Shown: positions 34,521 to 48,255 of the stretch, one piece after another
Position numbering within the stretch: the first letter of the stretch is position 1
Layout: every line of letters starts with the position of its first letter
Assembly (NCBI RefSeq): GCF_006345805.1
Contig: NC_043010.1
Coordinates: forward strand, 55,924,001 to 55,988,000
DNA length: 64,000 nucleotides
Source: Octopus sinensis
Lineage: Eukaryota
Reading direction: 5' to 3'
Notes under the pieces: model-generated
What the model saw: the letters and a program-made list of their open reading frames with translations, nothing else
The model's database searches: none
Told to the model about the DNA's origin: nothing
Translations under genes and position numbers: made by a program

Positions 34521-36233
34521 GGCATAGGTGGGGCCTTGATCAATGAAGGCTTTTGATAGGGTCGACCACCAATACCTGGAGGTTTTTCTCGTATCGGCCG
34601 GTTTCGGTCCGGTTCTCAGAGGCTGGATCGCTGCAATGTACAGCCAAATCTGTTCGGCTGGCAAAGTAAATGGCCACTTATCAAAATCGTTTAGCATCGC
34701 ACATCCGTCAAGGATGCCCACTGTTGGATGTTTCAAGGGGCATCCCGCATGAACTGATGCGGAAGATTCGTGTCGACATATGCAGAAGCAGTTACGTGAT
34801 AGTGTCGGACGTCTCGAAATTAAAGTGATCGGCACTACCCTAAGGGAATATGAAGCGGTGACAGGAGCGAAGATTAAAGAAGAGAAATCGGTGGGTCCAT
34901 GCCAACCGACAGTGTCATAGGGCTAGGTGGATAAGAACTGACGTGGGGTAACGACCAGTGTGGCCAGTCTTTAAGAGGAAGCTATCTCTGAAGGGTAGAG
35001 CAGAGGTGGTGAATGCGTACACTGCATCCATCATCTACTAGCGCCTGACTGTCATGGGAAGGTTGTTTTTCCGCTCGTCAGAGGCTCTCTCTGCTGTTAG
35101 CAGTCGCTGAGTAGAGGACTGGGGATGCAATGGCTAAGGATGTGCAGACCTGTGCTGAGGCTGTGACATCTCCAGCGTTTCCTCAACGGTGAACAGATGT
35201 GGTCGCCGTTTGACAGAAAGGTTTTTCCGCTGCTCGTCTCATTGACTGAGTTATAGTCCTGGATCAAGCGTAGACCGAAAAAGGGCACTTGGTACCTAAA
35301 GGTCGGCAAGCGCTCACAGCCCTCCACCAGTCGGACAACGCGGTCGCTGGAAGTTCCACATTGGACATTTGTTGGGGATTAGTGGCGGGCAAGAGCGACG
35401 ATGTCCTCGGGGAATTTGGGCATCGGGAGAGATCAGTTGGCTGGTATTTTCCGGAGGACTTTCGGTCAGGGGCGTATGGATAATTTCCCAAAAACCCTGG
35501 CCTGGCAGTGTTACCGGGCGGCTCTGCCGGTTCGAGACAACCTCTACAGGTACAGAAGTGCTGTCAGACGGAACTGTCCGAGATGTGAGCAGGGCCATGA
35601 AACCGTTATGCATGCACTCATCAAGTGCTGACTTGTGGAGCTTTGTCGAACAGCTGTTATTGCGTGTACGGCGGATCCGATTATCGGCCGAGTCTATCTG
35701 AAGATCGCCCAACACCTTCTTTTGGACAGGAAGGGCAGGCAGTTTTCCTCTGTCTGGTGGCTGTAACGAAAGGGGTGGTGTGGTGGGCGAGGTTGAAAGG
35801 ATTGACGATAGACATGTTCCTCTTCGACCAGAGCCTCCGCAACTTTTTCAAGTTCCACGTGAAAAGGGAGATGACGGTAGAGAGGAAAAGTCTGCCCTAC
35901 CCCCAGTAACTTTGTTTCAAGGTGGGTGAATGTGGAGGGTCCATGTGAATAGCCCTATTCTGAACATGCGCATGTAGGCCAGAGAGAATAGAGAGAAGAA
36001 GGGGTGCTCACCCGAGGTGTAGTTGGCGTTCAGGGTGTCCAGATGTTGCACCCTGGCTGAAGATTCCCTCCCTTTTGACCAATTTTATAGTTCAAATTTT
36101 TATTGTTAATTGTTATTGTTGTTTTTACTCGTTATACGCAGTAAATGTAAATCCCCTCTGTCCTTTGCGTTGTATCAACCTTCGTTTTTGTGTGTAACCA
36201 TTATGGCCAATAAAGAATGGACTGTTTTTGTTG
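34520..36233 (+). mobile_element. 5'-truncated Tx1/L1-clade LINE
   Basis: KAFDRVDHQYL...GFGPVLRGWIAAMY...VNGHLS; EYEAVTGAKI; LAWQCYRAALPVRD (zf-RVT-like); CPRCEQGHETVMHALIKC; ends aataaaga...(TAT)n. Confidence 0.9.
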
Positions 36234-36234
36234 A

Positions 36235-36267
<33 letters not shown>

Positions 36268-36492
36268 GAAGGCGGCGAGCTGGCAGAAACGTTAGCACGC
36301 CGGACGAAATGCTTAGCGGTATTTCGTCTGCCGTTACGTTCTGAGTTCAAATTCCGCCGAGGTTGTCTTTGCCTTTCATCCTTTCGGGGTCGATAAATTA
36401 AGTACCAGTTACGTACTGGGGTCGATGTAATCGACATAATCCGTTTGTCTGTCCTCTCTGTGTTTAGCCCCTTGTGGGTGGTAAAGAAATAA
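36268..36492 (+). mobile_element. Full-length family-A tRNA-derived SINE between (TAT)n and (AAT)n
   Basis: aaggcggcgagctggcagaaacgttagc...ttctgagttcaaattccgccgagg...cttgtgggtggtaaagaaata. Confidence 0.9.
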
Positions 36493-36639
36493 TAATAATA
36501 ATAATTATTATTATTATTATTTACATATAGGGGATTTACATATACTGCGTATAACGAGTAAAAAACAACAATAACAATTTGAACTATAGTTGGATCAACG
36601 GGGTTTTATGGTAGGATCAAAAAAAGAAAAGTTTGTCAT

Positions 36640-36672
36640 TGACTAATATTTTGTTTCTTTAGACAGGTAAGC
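36640..36672 (+). other. Juxtaposed splice signals: candidate 4-nt microexon or recursive splice site
   Basis: tgactaat (branch-point-like) attttgtttcttt AG ACAG GTAAGC. Confidence 0.35.
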
Positions 36673-37708
36673 AGCAGGCGGGGGCCAACTGTCGACATGT
36701 TTCCGTTTTATTGGGTCCTTCTCAGAGAAATCGAGACTTCACTATGTTTAATGAAGAAATGATGAGAGAATCACAAAGTAAATATACTTAGGTTGATGTA
36801 ATAAATTAGAATTATTTAGGAAATCTGCAAAACAGCCAGACATTTTGGTAAAAAAAGCTGTGTGTCTTGTTGCCAAAGACAAAATATTATGAAAATAATA
36901 TCAATTTGTTATTTATATTTAAGTAGAAAAAGTGCAAAATTTCTCATTTTTAAAGATAAAAGGAAGAAGTAAAGTGAAAAATGATTTTTCGAAGTAATAA
37001 ATAAATGTTAAGCTGAAGTTAATTAGTGTAAAATGAAACTTTAGCAGAAGATCTTTGTGTTGGGAGAGAAACATTCTTGACTGAGCAAGGAGCCGAGGTG
37101 GAGGCGGGGTGTTAGGGAACCACACGCATACCAACGGAGATAAAGGCAATCAGCACTAATTCGTAGTGCCAGCCGACTTTGTGTAACTTCTCAAGCAGAA
37201 GAGACCGCATGTGTTATAGATGTAGTACGTATGTTCACACGCACTCGCACACACACGCACACACACGCACGCACACGCACACACACACATTCGTCTCTCT
37301 CTCACATTTTATAACTAACGTATTCAAGCATATGTATAAGTGACATCTGGATAGAAGTCTATGACTGTGTGTGTGTGCGCGTGCATATCTATACGAGTGT
37401 GTGTGTAGACTTGAATATATACACATATGTGAGCATATCACATATGTGTATGTACGTGCGCGTGCATATATATATATATATATATATATACATGCATACA
37501 CACACACATACACACATAGACGTGCGCGTGCGTGCATGTTTGTGTGTGTGTGTGTGTATGTGTGTTTTAGTATAAACAAATTTTGCGCTAAATCCTTTTA
37601 AATCTTTATTTCCTTAATAACCTCACTTTAAAATTTCTTCCATTTTATGCTTTCATTCTTTTCTTCTCCAGTTGTTGTTGTTGTTGTCGTCGTCATCATC
37701 GTCATCAC

Positions 37709-37742
<34 letters not shown>

Positions 37743-39934
37743 TATATTGCTTAACAGTGCGTTACGTAGGTTTGCTGCTCTGCTAATCTGGAAACAATTG
37801 TTAGTTTATCAATTTACGAATTTGTTGTTATGTTTTTGTTGCGCATCTGATTCGGGAAGAGATCGTAAGAAGAGCGAAAAAGGGAGAAGTGCGGTCATTT
37901 CGTTTTTCAGCCCCAATAAGGGGCCAAACCTATTAAAAGAATTTGTAGTAGCAAATAAAATCTTTAAAAATGATCACTTCTCGAAGAAATGTTATCATGT
38001 GACGAAGTGGAGTGGACAATAAGAGGAAATACAACTTAAATGGAGAAAAGGATGGGAGGAGAAACTCACTTTCGTTATCACAAATAAAGTCTTGTCTTCT
38101 TTGGTAGGGAAAAAATATTAGCAACAATGAAACAAACTCGGCCGCCATCGTTGCGCATAACGATAGCAGCAAGAACAGCGAGAAAACAGCCCAACCGGGA
38201 CCGTCACAACTACCAGTAGTGCAGTAATAGGTGCGTTTAAATGAATGGACACAATTTGTAGATCAACTATTAGCAACCACAACAGCAACACCACCACATC
38301 ATGCTCACCATTATCAAACGTAATAGTTTTGTCCCATAAACAAGACAATGTGGTTCACCAAAGTCGATCCTGGTTGAAATATTCACTTGCAAATAAAGAG
38401 AACTTTCAGCGTTGGAGACTTTCGGCCTTCTACCATCGCATTGCCAAAATGAAGAAGTAAGAAAGAGTCCGTGGGAGGTGAGGAAAACAGTCAAGTCATT
38501 CTGGTCCTCCACGGAGAATTTATTATTGCTATGCAATATGAATTGGTGAGTGTAACCATGGCGATATTCAGCATTATGTCACATGACGTTAATGAACTTG
38601 ATTCATGAAACGAAGATCATCTCAACCTAGATTAGGAGATTGTCAACTGGAGACCAACTTTCCTCGCAGAACAACGGTGCAGATGATGCTCATTCTCGAG
38701 TACATCTCAAAGATTTTCGAGTCCATTTATTTGAAGAGCGAAGATTTAATAAAGGTTAATGTGGAAGACGGGAGGGGGAGGAGTTAGACATGCTGTTGCA
38801 CCAAACACCACAAGATTCACTTCAGACAGTGAAGTAAAAAAAAAAACTCATTTTCTGCCAACATCATCAACAATGTAGCAATAACGAAAACCACAATCAA
38901 GACATCGAAGAAGAGTACCACAATTTCGAAAGAGTCAGTAGAAATGGGAACTGCCCGTCCCCAGTACTGCACTGACGTGAGCCAAAACAGCACTCATTCT
39001 TTAACCAACTAATAAGGCAGAAACGTTCGCACGCCGAGCGACATGCTTAGCGGTATTCCGTCTGTCTTTACGTTCTGAGTTCAAATTCCACCGGGGTTGA
39101 TAAATTAAGTACGAGTTGCGTACTGGGATCGATCTAATCGACTGGCCCCCTCCCTCAAAACTGCGGGCCTTGTGTAGAAAAGATTCTTTAACCAACCATT
39201 AACCACTTCTCCCAGTTTCTCGTTAAATGAAGAGTACAAAGAAGAAACTAGAACCTGGCAAACCATCGTAATGAGACGCAGGTGGGAAAACAATCAATAA
39301 TCGCTCCCATCACAAATACAGAAAAAACTGAGAGGACAGCAATGAGTTCGAAAACTAGTTACCACCAGCATCACTTTAACACCACCACTACAATAACATG
39401 ATGATGATGATGGTGGTGGTGGTGGTGGTGATGATGATGAGGGAGTGGCTCTCATGGCTTTTGATCTTAACTGATTGGAAGTGTTATCATCAACATTGTA
39501 TTGCCTTGGTACAAAAGATGGGCTACAGCAAATATCCTACTTGACCTTTACCAGTTGAGCATGTCTTTTGTATTATCCTCTCAAATTACACCAACATCTC
39601 AGGCAATAACAAATAATATTGTATTTATTGTCTGTGAAAATTATAGAATATAAAACAACTTTGATAAAAAATTATATCTACTTTTACTGACGAAAACAAT
39701 GCCGTTCTGAACATTTTGGCCGCAACTGTATATATATGTTTATGTATATGTATATATATTTAAATATATACATATATATTTATATACAAATATATATAAA
39801 TATATATATTTATATACATATAAAAATATATATATACATATATATTTATATACATATATATATAAACATATATTTATATTTATATATATACATATATATT
39901 TATATACATATATATATAAACATATATATATATA

Positions 39935-40993
39935 CTAGCTGAAGGTGACCCGCTCTACGCGCGGGTAAGAGTGTGGTTGTTACTTTCTGTTCCTTCCTTT
40001 CAGCACGTAAAAATCACCATCCGAACGTGGTCGATTGCAGCGCCGCCTTGACTTGCTTCTGTGCCGGTGGCACGTAAAAAGCACCAACCGATCATTGCCG
40101 CAGCGAGCCCCCCTGGCACCTGTGCCGGCGGCACGAAAAAAGCACCCACTACACTCACAGAGTGGTTGGCGTTAGGAAGGTCATCCCCCTGTAGAAACAC
40201 TACCAGATCAGACTGGAGCCTGGTGCAGCCTCCTGGCTCCCCAGACCCCGGTCGCACTGTCCAACCCGTGCTAGCACGGAAAACGGACGTTAAACGATGA
40301 TGATGATGATGATGATTCTCCGTCTTTGTTTCTCTCTCCTTTCTCTCTCACTTTCCCACTCTCTGACTTTTCTTTTCTCTCGGACTCTCCCTCGCTTTCT
40401 CTTACTCTCTATCTATCTCTCTACCATTTATAAACAACAGAAGATCTTGAGTAAGTTGAGAAGTAAAATATTTAGAAAGATCAATCATAAATATCAGGCA
40501 GTGGCAACGGAAAGGTCTGCTTCAAGGCAGACAGCAAAACGCTAACATTTAAAAGGGACAGACGAACTTGCGAGCTGAATAAAAATAATAAAATATTGGA
40601 AACCAAAGTTTGAAGGGATAGAATCTGAGGATAGTAGAGTCACCATGGCTGGCATTTCTTAACGACGGACAGCAACATATTGACAGTTTAACGGCTGGCG
40701 TAAAATTCTGAACTTGATGTAAAAGAAAATTCGTAAACACCAAGTTTTGAAGTGATTCTTTCTCACGACAGTAGACTCACCATGGCAAGCATTCAAAACT
40801 TCTTTATCGTGGACGGCAACACATTGATGATTAAAAGGCTGGCGCAATTTTTTTAGCTTGATGTAACAGAGAATTCCTAAACACCCGCTCCTTTAAATTT
40901 AAATCCCCTTCCAGCCCCATTTAGACCCCTTTTCACATTTTGGTTAATATAACCCGATTTCATTCGGGTCTACTGGGGCCACATTTTATAAGA
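39935..40993 (-). mobile_element. Non-autonomous Helitron, copy 1
   Basis: Minus strand begins A|TC (40993) and ends with hairpin acccgc-7nt-gcgggt, 9 nt, CTAG|T (39935); no TSD; 3' end abuts a (TA)-rich tract; contains a SINE segment and two ~137-bp subrepeats. Confidence 0.85.
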
Positions 40994-41122
40994 TGAGGAA
41001 TTTTTTTTCCTAGAGGTGACGCCTTTCATTTGAGGAAAAAATAGTTGTCATGCAAACTTGCCAGCACCTTAAACATAGCTGTGCATATTTTCAGCTGAAT
41101 CGACCGATTACGTAATGCACAC

Positions 41123-41191
<69 letters not shown>

Positions 41192-41302
41192 GATCCGGTT
41201 CTTGACTGAAGACTGAGGGGTTCGAATGTCCTGTCCATGTTTATGTATCGTCTTCTATGAGTTATACGTTCTTGTCCATGTTGTATTTTTCTACATACCT
41301 TA

Positions 41303-41351
<49 letters not shown>

Positions 41352-41353
41352 AA

Positions 41354-41453
41354 NNNNNNNNNNNNNNNNNNNNNNNNNNNNNNNNNNNNNNNNNNNNNNN
41401 NNNNNNNNNNNNNNNNNNNNNNNNNNNNNNNNNNNNNNNNNNNNNNNNNNNNN
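41354..41453. other. Assembly gap (100 N)
   Basis: Direct reading; exactly 100 N usually marks a gap of unknown size. Confidence 0.99.
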
Positions 41454-42874
41454 GTGGTAACGAATCAAAGAGTAATCATTATCGCCAAGTGTAGAGTGTA
41501 AATTATTATTATGTAATTCTCAATCAATATATCCTGACCGACATCTTGGTTTTCTTGTGAACAGCCTGGCAACCAGATGTCTCGGAGTTGGCCATTTTTG
41601 TTTTAGTAGAATATAGTTTGTCGTACAATCACATTAATTATCAACTTACTCGTGTTGGTCTGTTTCAAGAAGGGACCTATGCAGCACATCACAATACATT
41701 GTTTATATACAAATTTGTTACCAGGTCAAAAGTGCTCGGGGAATATTGGAACCCGTCAGGAAGCTATGCACTGCATTTCGTCAGAGCGAAAATGTCTCAA
41801 TGTCGACAAATAGCTGTAAATACACCGAGGTAGGTCGCAGCGCCCCCTAACCTGACTTTTGGGAGCATGTTATCTCTTCAAAAACAGGAATCCATCTGCA
41901 TTTGCTTTTCCGGTCTCTGAAGAGGAGATAACCACTTTCTTACGGGATCGAATATGCTTCAAGCATATCTGAACTGGTAACAAGTTTGTTTTCATACACG
42001 TCACCGCCTTAGCGCTGTCACCTCGTACATTGTATCACATTACAATACAAAATTAGTAAAACATCAGTCCATAATACTATCATAACATCCTCCAGAGAAT
42101 TACATGAGAAGTCCTCCTGACTCCTATTTCTAGTATTGTAATTATGGCTGTACTTCCATAATTTTGGAATGCTCCGCTTTCCTTTTTACATTCCTTCCTA
42201 ATATCAATTATTTGTAACCTTTCACTTTTCTCCACACACCTAAATCCCTATTTTCTCCACAATTCTGGCTCCCTAACTTATTATTCTCTTTCAGTTTCAT
42301 TCTTTCATCTCCCCAAATTTACTCCTTATTTTCTGCATCCCATTTGAGATCGCTTGGCCCTTTTCTCGTCGCCTCCCACCCTAATCCCTCCCTACCATCC
42401 ATATCCCTCTCCCTCATTCAGTATAATTTACACTTTTCTTATTTACAAATAGTTTTGCGGGTTCAAATAGTTTTGCCTCTTCTTCTTGAATATAAAATTC
42501 CATCCAACCAACCGAATTCCTGACTCGCTGCAAAGACTCGTCCTCAGCAAAATATCTCAGCCTTTTGCGAATAATCTCATTTATTGTAATACAACACACG
42601 CACGCACGCATGCATGCATAGCATGTCTCTCTCTACCTGATACTGAAGTACAACTTTATATACAAACACGCACACACATATTTGATATATATATATAAAT
42701 ATATATATACACACACACATAGGTGTATATGTACATATATGTCTGCATATTGGTGTGTTTGTATATACGTGCGTGCTTATGTATATGTGTATATATGTAT
42801 ATGTTCATATATATGTGTGTGTGTATATATGTGTGTGGGGGAGAGAGAAAGAGATGAAGACAAAAGAGAGACTT

Positions 42875-42918
<44 letters not shown>

Positions 42919-43397
42919 AGAGAGAGATTCAATTTTTCTATTAGCGAAGATATTGATACATCTGCTTCTTATCAAAATTCTCCCCCGAAAGTCAAACCCT
43001 GCCGTCTCTCCCTGTCCCCACCTCCTCGCTACACATTCAATCCATGTGGGGGTTGTACGTAATAGGGGACAGTGGTGGTCGGGGGATCAATAGGGCGTGT
43101 GTGCGTCTCTGTCCTTCGCCATCCCTACTCATACAACAGCGATATACAATCCCAACTAATGAGGTAACTAGTCACATTATTGATACCTTACAACCGACAG
43201 TAAATCACTTTGGAGTTAAACCTGGGGCTGTTACCGGTGGTGGTGGTCGTGGTTGCATTGGCTGGCGGCGCTGGTGGGCGGGAACTGATGTTGCAGTGGT
43301 GGTAGTTATGGTAGTGCAGCAACAATAGTGGTAGAGGTGGTGATAATCGTGGTGGTCGATTCAGTTGTGGTAGTATATACACAAGTGAGAAGCACAC

Positions 43398-43431
<34 letters not shown>

Positions 43432-43440
43432 CATACACAT

Positions 43441-43795
43441 CTTTTATCTTTTACTTGTTTCAGTCCTTCGACTTGAAGAACTTTTAGTTTGAACGAATGG
43501 GCCTCAGTACTTATTTGTTTTTTTTTTTTTAGGCCTGGTACATATTCCGTCGGTCACTAATTGTCAAACCGGTAAGTTACCGGAAAGTAAACACACCATC
43601 ACCGGTTGTCAAGCGGTGGTAAGGGACAAACGCACACGCATATTTCAGTTTCCTCTTACCAAATCTATTCGCATAGCTTTGGTCGGCCCGAGACTATAGC
43701 AGAAGGCACTTGCCCAAGGCGACATGCAGTGGGACTGAACCCGAAACCAGGTGTCTGAGAAGCAAGCTTCTTACCACACAGCCACTTCTGCGCCT
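43441..43795 (-). mobile_element. tRNA-derived SINE (family B)
   Basis: Minus strand gtggctgtgtggtaagaagcttgc...gggttcagtccc...ttgggcaagtgccttctgctatag; tail actgaaacaagtaaaag. Fragments at about 29860 and 32230. Confidence 0.85.
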
Positions 43796-44677
43796 TTGGA
43801 CTGGATTGGGTTGCCTATTTTCTCTTCCGTGCAGGACGAATGCCACAGCTTGTTCTCTCCACCAATCACGATCTGACGGTCTAGTGTGAAGGCCATGAAT
43901 TTGCGCGTAAGATCATACTGGTTTGATGAGCCTGCCCTGCCACACTGGCTCCACATGGCTTGGCGGTGGGATGCAGATTTTTATGCTCTTACTCAGGAGT
44001 AGTTAAGCCGATTACGCCGACCCCCATTGCTCAACAGGTCCTTATTTTATCGACCCCCGAAAGGATGAAAGGTGAGGACAGCCTTGGTGGAATTTGAACT
44101 CAGAACGTAAGGACGGACGAAATACTGTGAAGCATTTTCGCCCGGCGTACTAGCGAGTCTGCCAACTCACCGTCTACGCCTATATACATTCTGCTGGTGT
44201 ATAATAGATGTCTAATCAGTGCTGGTGTGTTTGTGTGTGTGTGTGTAATAAAGATGTATAGAGAATGGTGGGCAAAATAGATTTATTTTTCAATAATTAT
44301 TATTAATGATGGTTGATATTTTAGTTGGAAGTAATTTGAGAAAGAGCCTCCTTGCCTCTGCCCCCCCCCGCCACCCCCCATAGACCTTACAAGGTGTGGT
44401 TAGCAATGTGGCAGCGGTAATAGGACATCTTATACAGTTTTGTTAAAACTACGAGTTATTGATGAGAAAAATGGAAAACTGGTGAAAAAGAAGATAAAAA
44501 AATGTCCGATTTGTTACATCTTCATTACGTCTTTAGAAAATTAACTGAAGGGGCTCCTTCATTCTTGCTTCACCCCCTACTTCCCCCCATTATTTCACAC
44601 CTTCCTAAACTCTTTCTTCCTCTCTCTCTCTCTCTTTCTATCTCTCTCTATCTCACTTTCATGTCACCCTTTCTCAC

Positions 44678-44716
<39 letters not shown>

Positions 44717-45796
44717 CTTTCTTCCTTTCTTTTTTCCTCCTCTCTTTATTTCCCAACCGTTTTCTGTTAGTCTCTTCTCCCTTTTAATCCACTCATTTCG
44801 CTTCTCCCTCGCTCTTATCCCCTCTCTGTCTCTGTCTTTCTATCCGTCTCGCTGCTACTTATTTCTCTTTTACAAGACACTCTCTCCCTCTCTCCCTCTC
44901 TCCCTCTCTCCCTCTCCATCCCTGTCTTTTCTATATAAAAGTTAATTACAACCAAGTGGTCCCTTACACCACCGCCTCGATGTTCACTGCCCTTTATACA
45001 TTTCTCTGCTGACCCTAATTTCTTAGAAATTCCTCTGCCCTTCGCTGTAAAGAAACATTGCGGTTGTGGGCGGAATTGATTGATTTCGTTCTCACCTTCC
45101 GTTCATGAGGATTAATAGTTCGAGATCCCGTACCTGACCACCAGGATATACAGCCATATTTCTCACAAACCCTTCTTTAACATCTTAAAACGAAATGGAT
45201 ACATTAGATGTTGTAGTCTGAGATAGACTATGCCTGGAAAACGAAGGTTAGATCATCATTTGACCCGAACTGATCTGAGTCCAAATAACAATGAGAGACA
45301 TTTTAACTAAATCTTACTCTGTGTCTAAGCAAAAGAGGAGATAGTCACGGTCAGAGCGTCTTTTGATCCTCATTCTTGATCATAGTTTACTCCGGGTTAA
45401 ACAAACCTTCGAGTCTGTCTGTATGTCTGGCTTCCCTTGGTAATTCTGTCAAGATACCGAGATTTGAAGTTCGTTTTTGTTGCTACTGTAAGTAAATAAG
45501 AGATATGAAGAGATACGAGGGAGGTTTGAGGGCGGTTGAAGGGAAACGTGAGGGAAATATCTTCTGTTTTGCTTGGCACAAGAAATATGACACCCACAAC
45601 TGCATCCAATTCGCCTTTCAACAAATATTGTTTTTCATTTTCTTTTTTTTTTTATCTGGTAAAAGCGATTGTGGCTCGAGTTTAAGCAGGTTTGGCGTGT
45701 TGACAACACAAGTCATAACAGTTTTGTAAACACTGATAAAATATAAATAAATAGCTGAAAGTACACATATAATGTTAACTAGGGATGTCACAGATT

Positions 45797-45945
45797 ACCT
45801 GGGTGGTGTCACCGATTGAAATACACAATACAGGGTATCAGAGATTAAAATATATTAACTGGGTGGTGTCATTGATTAAAACACATTACCTGGGGTATCA
45901 TAGATTAAAATTTATTAACTGGGGTATCATAGATTATAATACAAC
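45797..45945. repeat. About 29-31-bp minisatellite, five units, two alternating variants
   Basis: tgggtggtgtca..gatt.aaa and tggggtatcatagattaaaa units. Confidence 0.7.
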
Positions 45946-46274
45946 ACAACAAAAGGACTTCCGGAAGCTCAGTCAGCCTGCTAGAAATAACAGCAAAATT
46001 TCTCTGAAAACCACACCTCATCGTCTTAGAAAATGAAGGATTCACTAAATATTGTAATATTGAAAAAGAATAAAAGGCTCAGGTTCGTGATGCCTTTGAT
46101 CATAGATTTACTGGCTCAGCTGTGGCCTAGGGCTAAACAACGACTTCAACAAGAGATGAAGATCTATAAACCTGGCGATTGTGTCATTAATTATGTCACT
46201 AATTATGATGTAAGAGTTCAGCCATCACAGCTTTCAGAATCGGAAATGAAATGATAAAAGTTAATTAGTGTATT

Positions 46275-46319
<45 letters not shown>

Positions 46320-47395
46320 TGTCTGTCTATGTGTGTCAGTGTTTGTGTGTGTGTGCGTGCATGATTGTGTCTGTGTGTGTGATCAACACAAGCGGTACGA
46401 AATTAGGAGGTTTCTAAATGGTCACCCAGACTGCTAGAAACAGCAGTTATATCTCTGAAATAACACCAAATCACCCCCTCATTTATGACACTAATGCCAT
46501 CCCTATCACCACCACCATAGCTACTAACAGCACTACAACTTTATTACGCTGCCACCACCACTGCATCCAACACTCACCATGACCACCACTACAAAACACA
46601 ATGCATTGGATAATAACCTATTAGAAATATAAGACCGGACAGTCATGGCTGGGATGTCTTTGATCCCATATCGATTTATTTAGGGCTAAGTGGAAGCTGA
46701 ATAAATAGCAGTCCTTGACCCCCTAGCTTCCATCTTTTCTGGCACAAAATTGAGACATTTCTGGCCAGGCTGGAGTAATTAGTTAAGGAAGTCATCTTGA
46801 AACTGTTTTCAGGTGAAAGTTGAATAACTGAATTTAAGCAACGGTTTTGAAGACGTTGAGATTTCAGCAATCGGGATTGCAATTATCAATAAATAACGAT
46901 TGATTGAAAGTATTGAATAAAAAATCGATTTCAAGCAAGACTTGGATTGATCTGATTCTCCTCAATGAACAACTCGGTGGTGTGATGTTGTGGCGTTCAG
47001 ATGCAAGATGTTGGCAGGCGTAGATTGGCGGTGGAGACGTGTTCAGTGGCGTTGATGAGGTGTGGAAAGGTGTAGCTCTACATGTGTAAAGTGGAAACTG
47101 AGGGTGTAAATATGAGGTGTGGAAGAGTAACGAAGCGGGAGTGCAGATGTGTATGTGTTGAGGTGGAAGAGCAAAGGTGTGTGGAAAAATAGAGACGAAG
47201 GTGTGTGTGTGTGTGTGTGTGCAGGGTTAAACAGTAAGATTGTATGAAGTACCAACAAAAGATTTACTATTGCTAAAACAAAATATCGAAATGGAAACAA
47301 GTTATTGAGGATCGAACGAGAGAACCTGGGAATGTCCGTCTAATAAAAAGCCTGTAATATCATCAATAGATGATACAAGACGAGGGAGAGAGAGA

Positions 47396-47455
<60 letters not shown>

Positions 47456-47569
47456 AGAGAAAGAAAGAAAGAAAGTAGAAGTTAAGCTTTCACCGTTTTA
47501 TGACCAGTTGGTGACTTCCAGCATATTGGAGAGAGTTAATAATGGGGACTGATAGATGTATGGTGTACA

Positions 47570-47627
<58 letters not shown>

Positions 47628-48089
47628 TAATTATAAAAGTACATGCCTATATATGTATATACATATATATATATACAGAAATATACATGTACTTATATAT
47701 CTGTGTGTATATATATATATATATATATACGTACGTGTGTATATATATATATGTATCTATACATATACACGCACAAACACACATCCATGAAATCACATAT
47801 ACACACGCATTTCTATACGAACTGGTTGGTATAAAAGGCGGATATATTCAGCAACACGTATCATAGCTGAACGTTTCCATACATACATACATATACACAC
47901 ACGCAATCACACTTACACATACACACACATACATATGCAAACACATATGTATGAGTATATATATATACACCTACAAGTTATATATATATATTATATATAT
48001 ATATATATAATATATATAATATATATGTATATATATATAATATATATAATATATATATATATTAATATATATATATAGATATATATATT

Positions 48090-48120
<31 letters not shown>

Positions 48121-48215
48121 ACATGTACATACATACACGCATATATATGCATACACACAAATATATCTATCTCTATATATTTATATATCTGAACACAAAC
48201 ACACACACACACACA

Positions 48216-48255
<40 letters not shown>

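Noticed and set aside
45797-45945. Short spaced repeats (also 5615-5735) as CRISPR-like arrays
   Set aside because: Whole units are similar with no unique spacers, there are no cas genes, and the context is eukaryotic; these are minisatellites.
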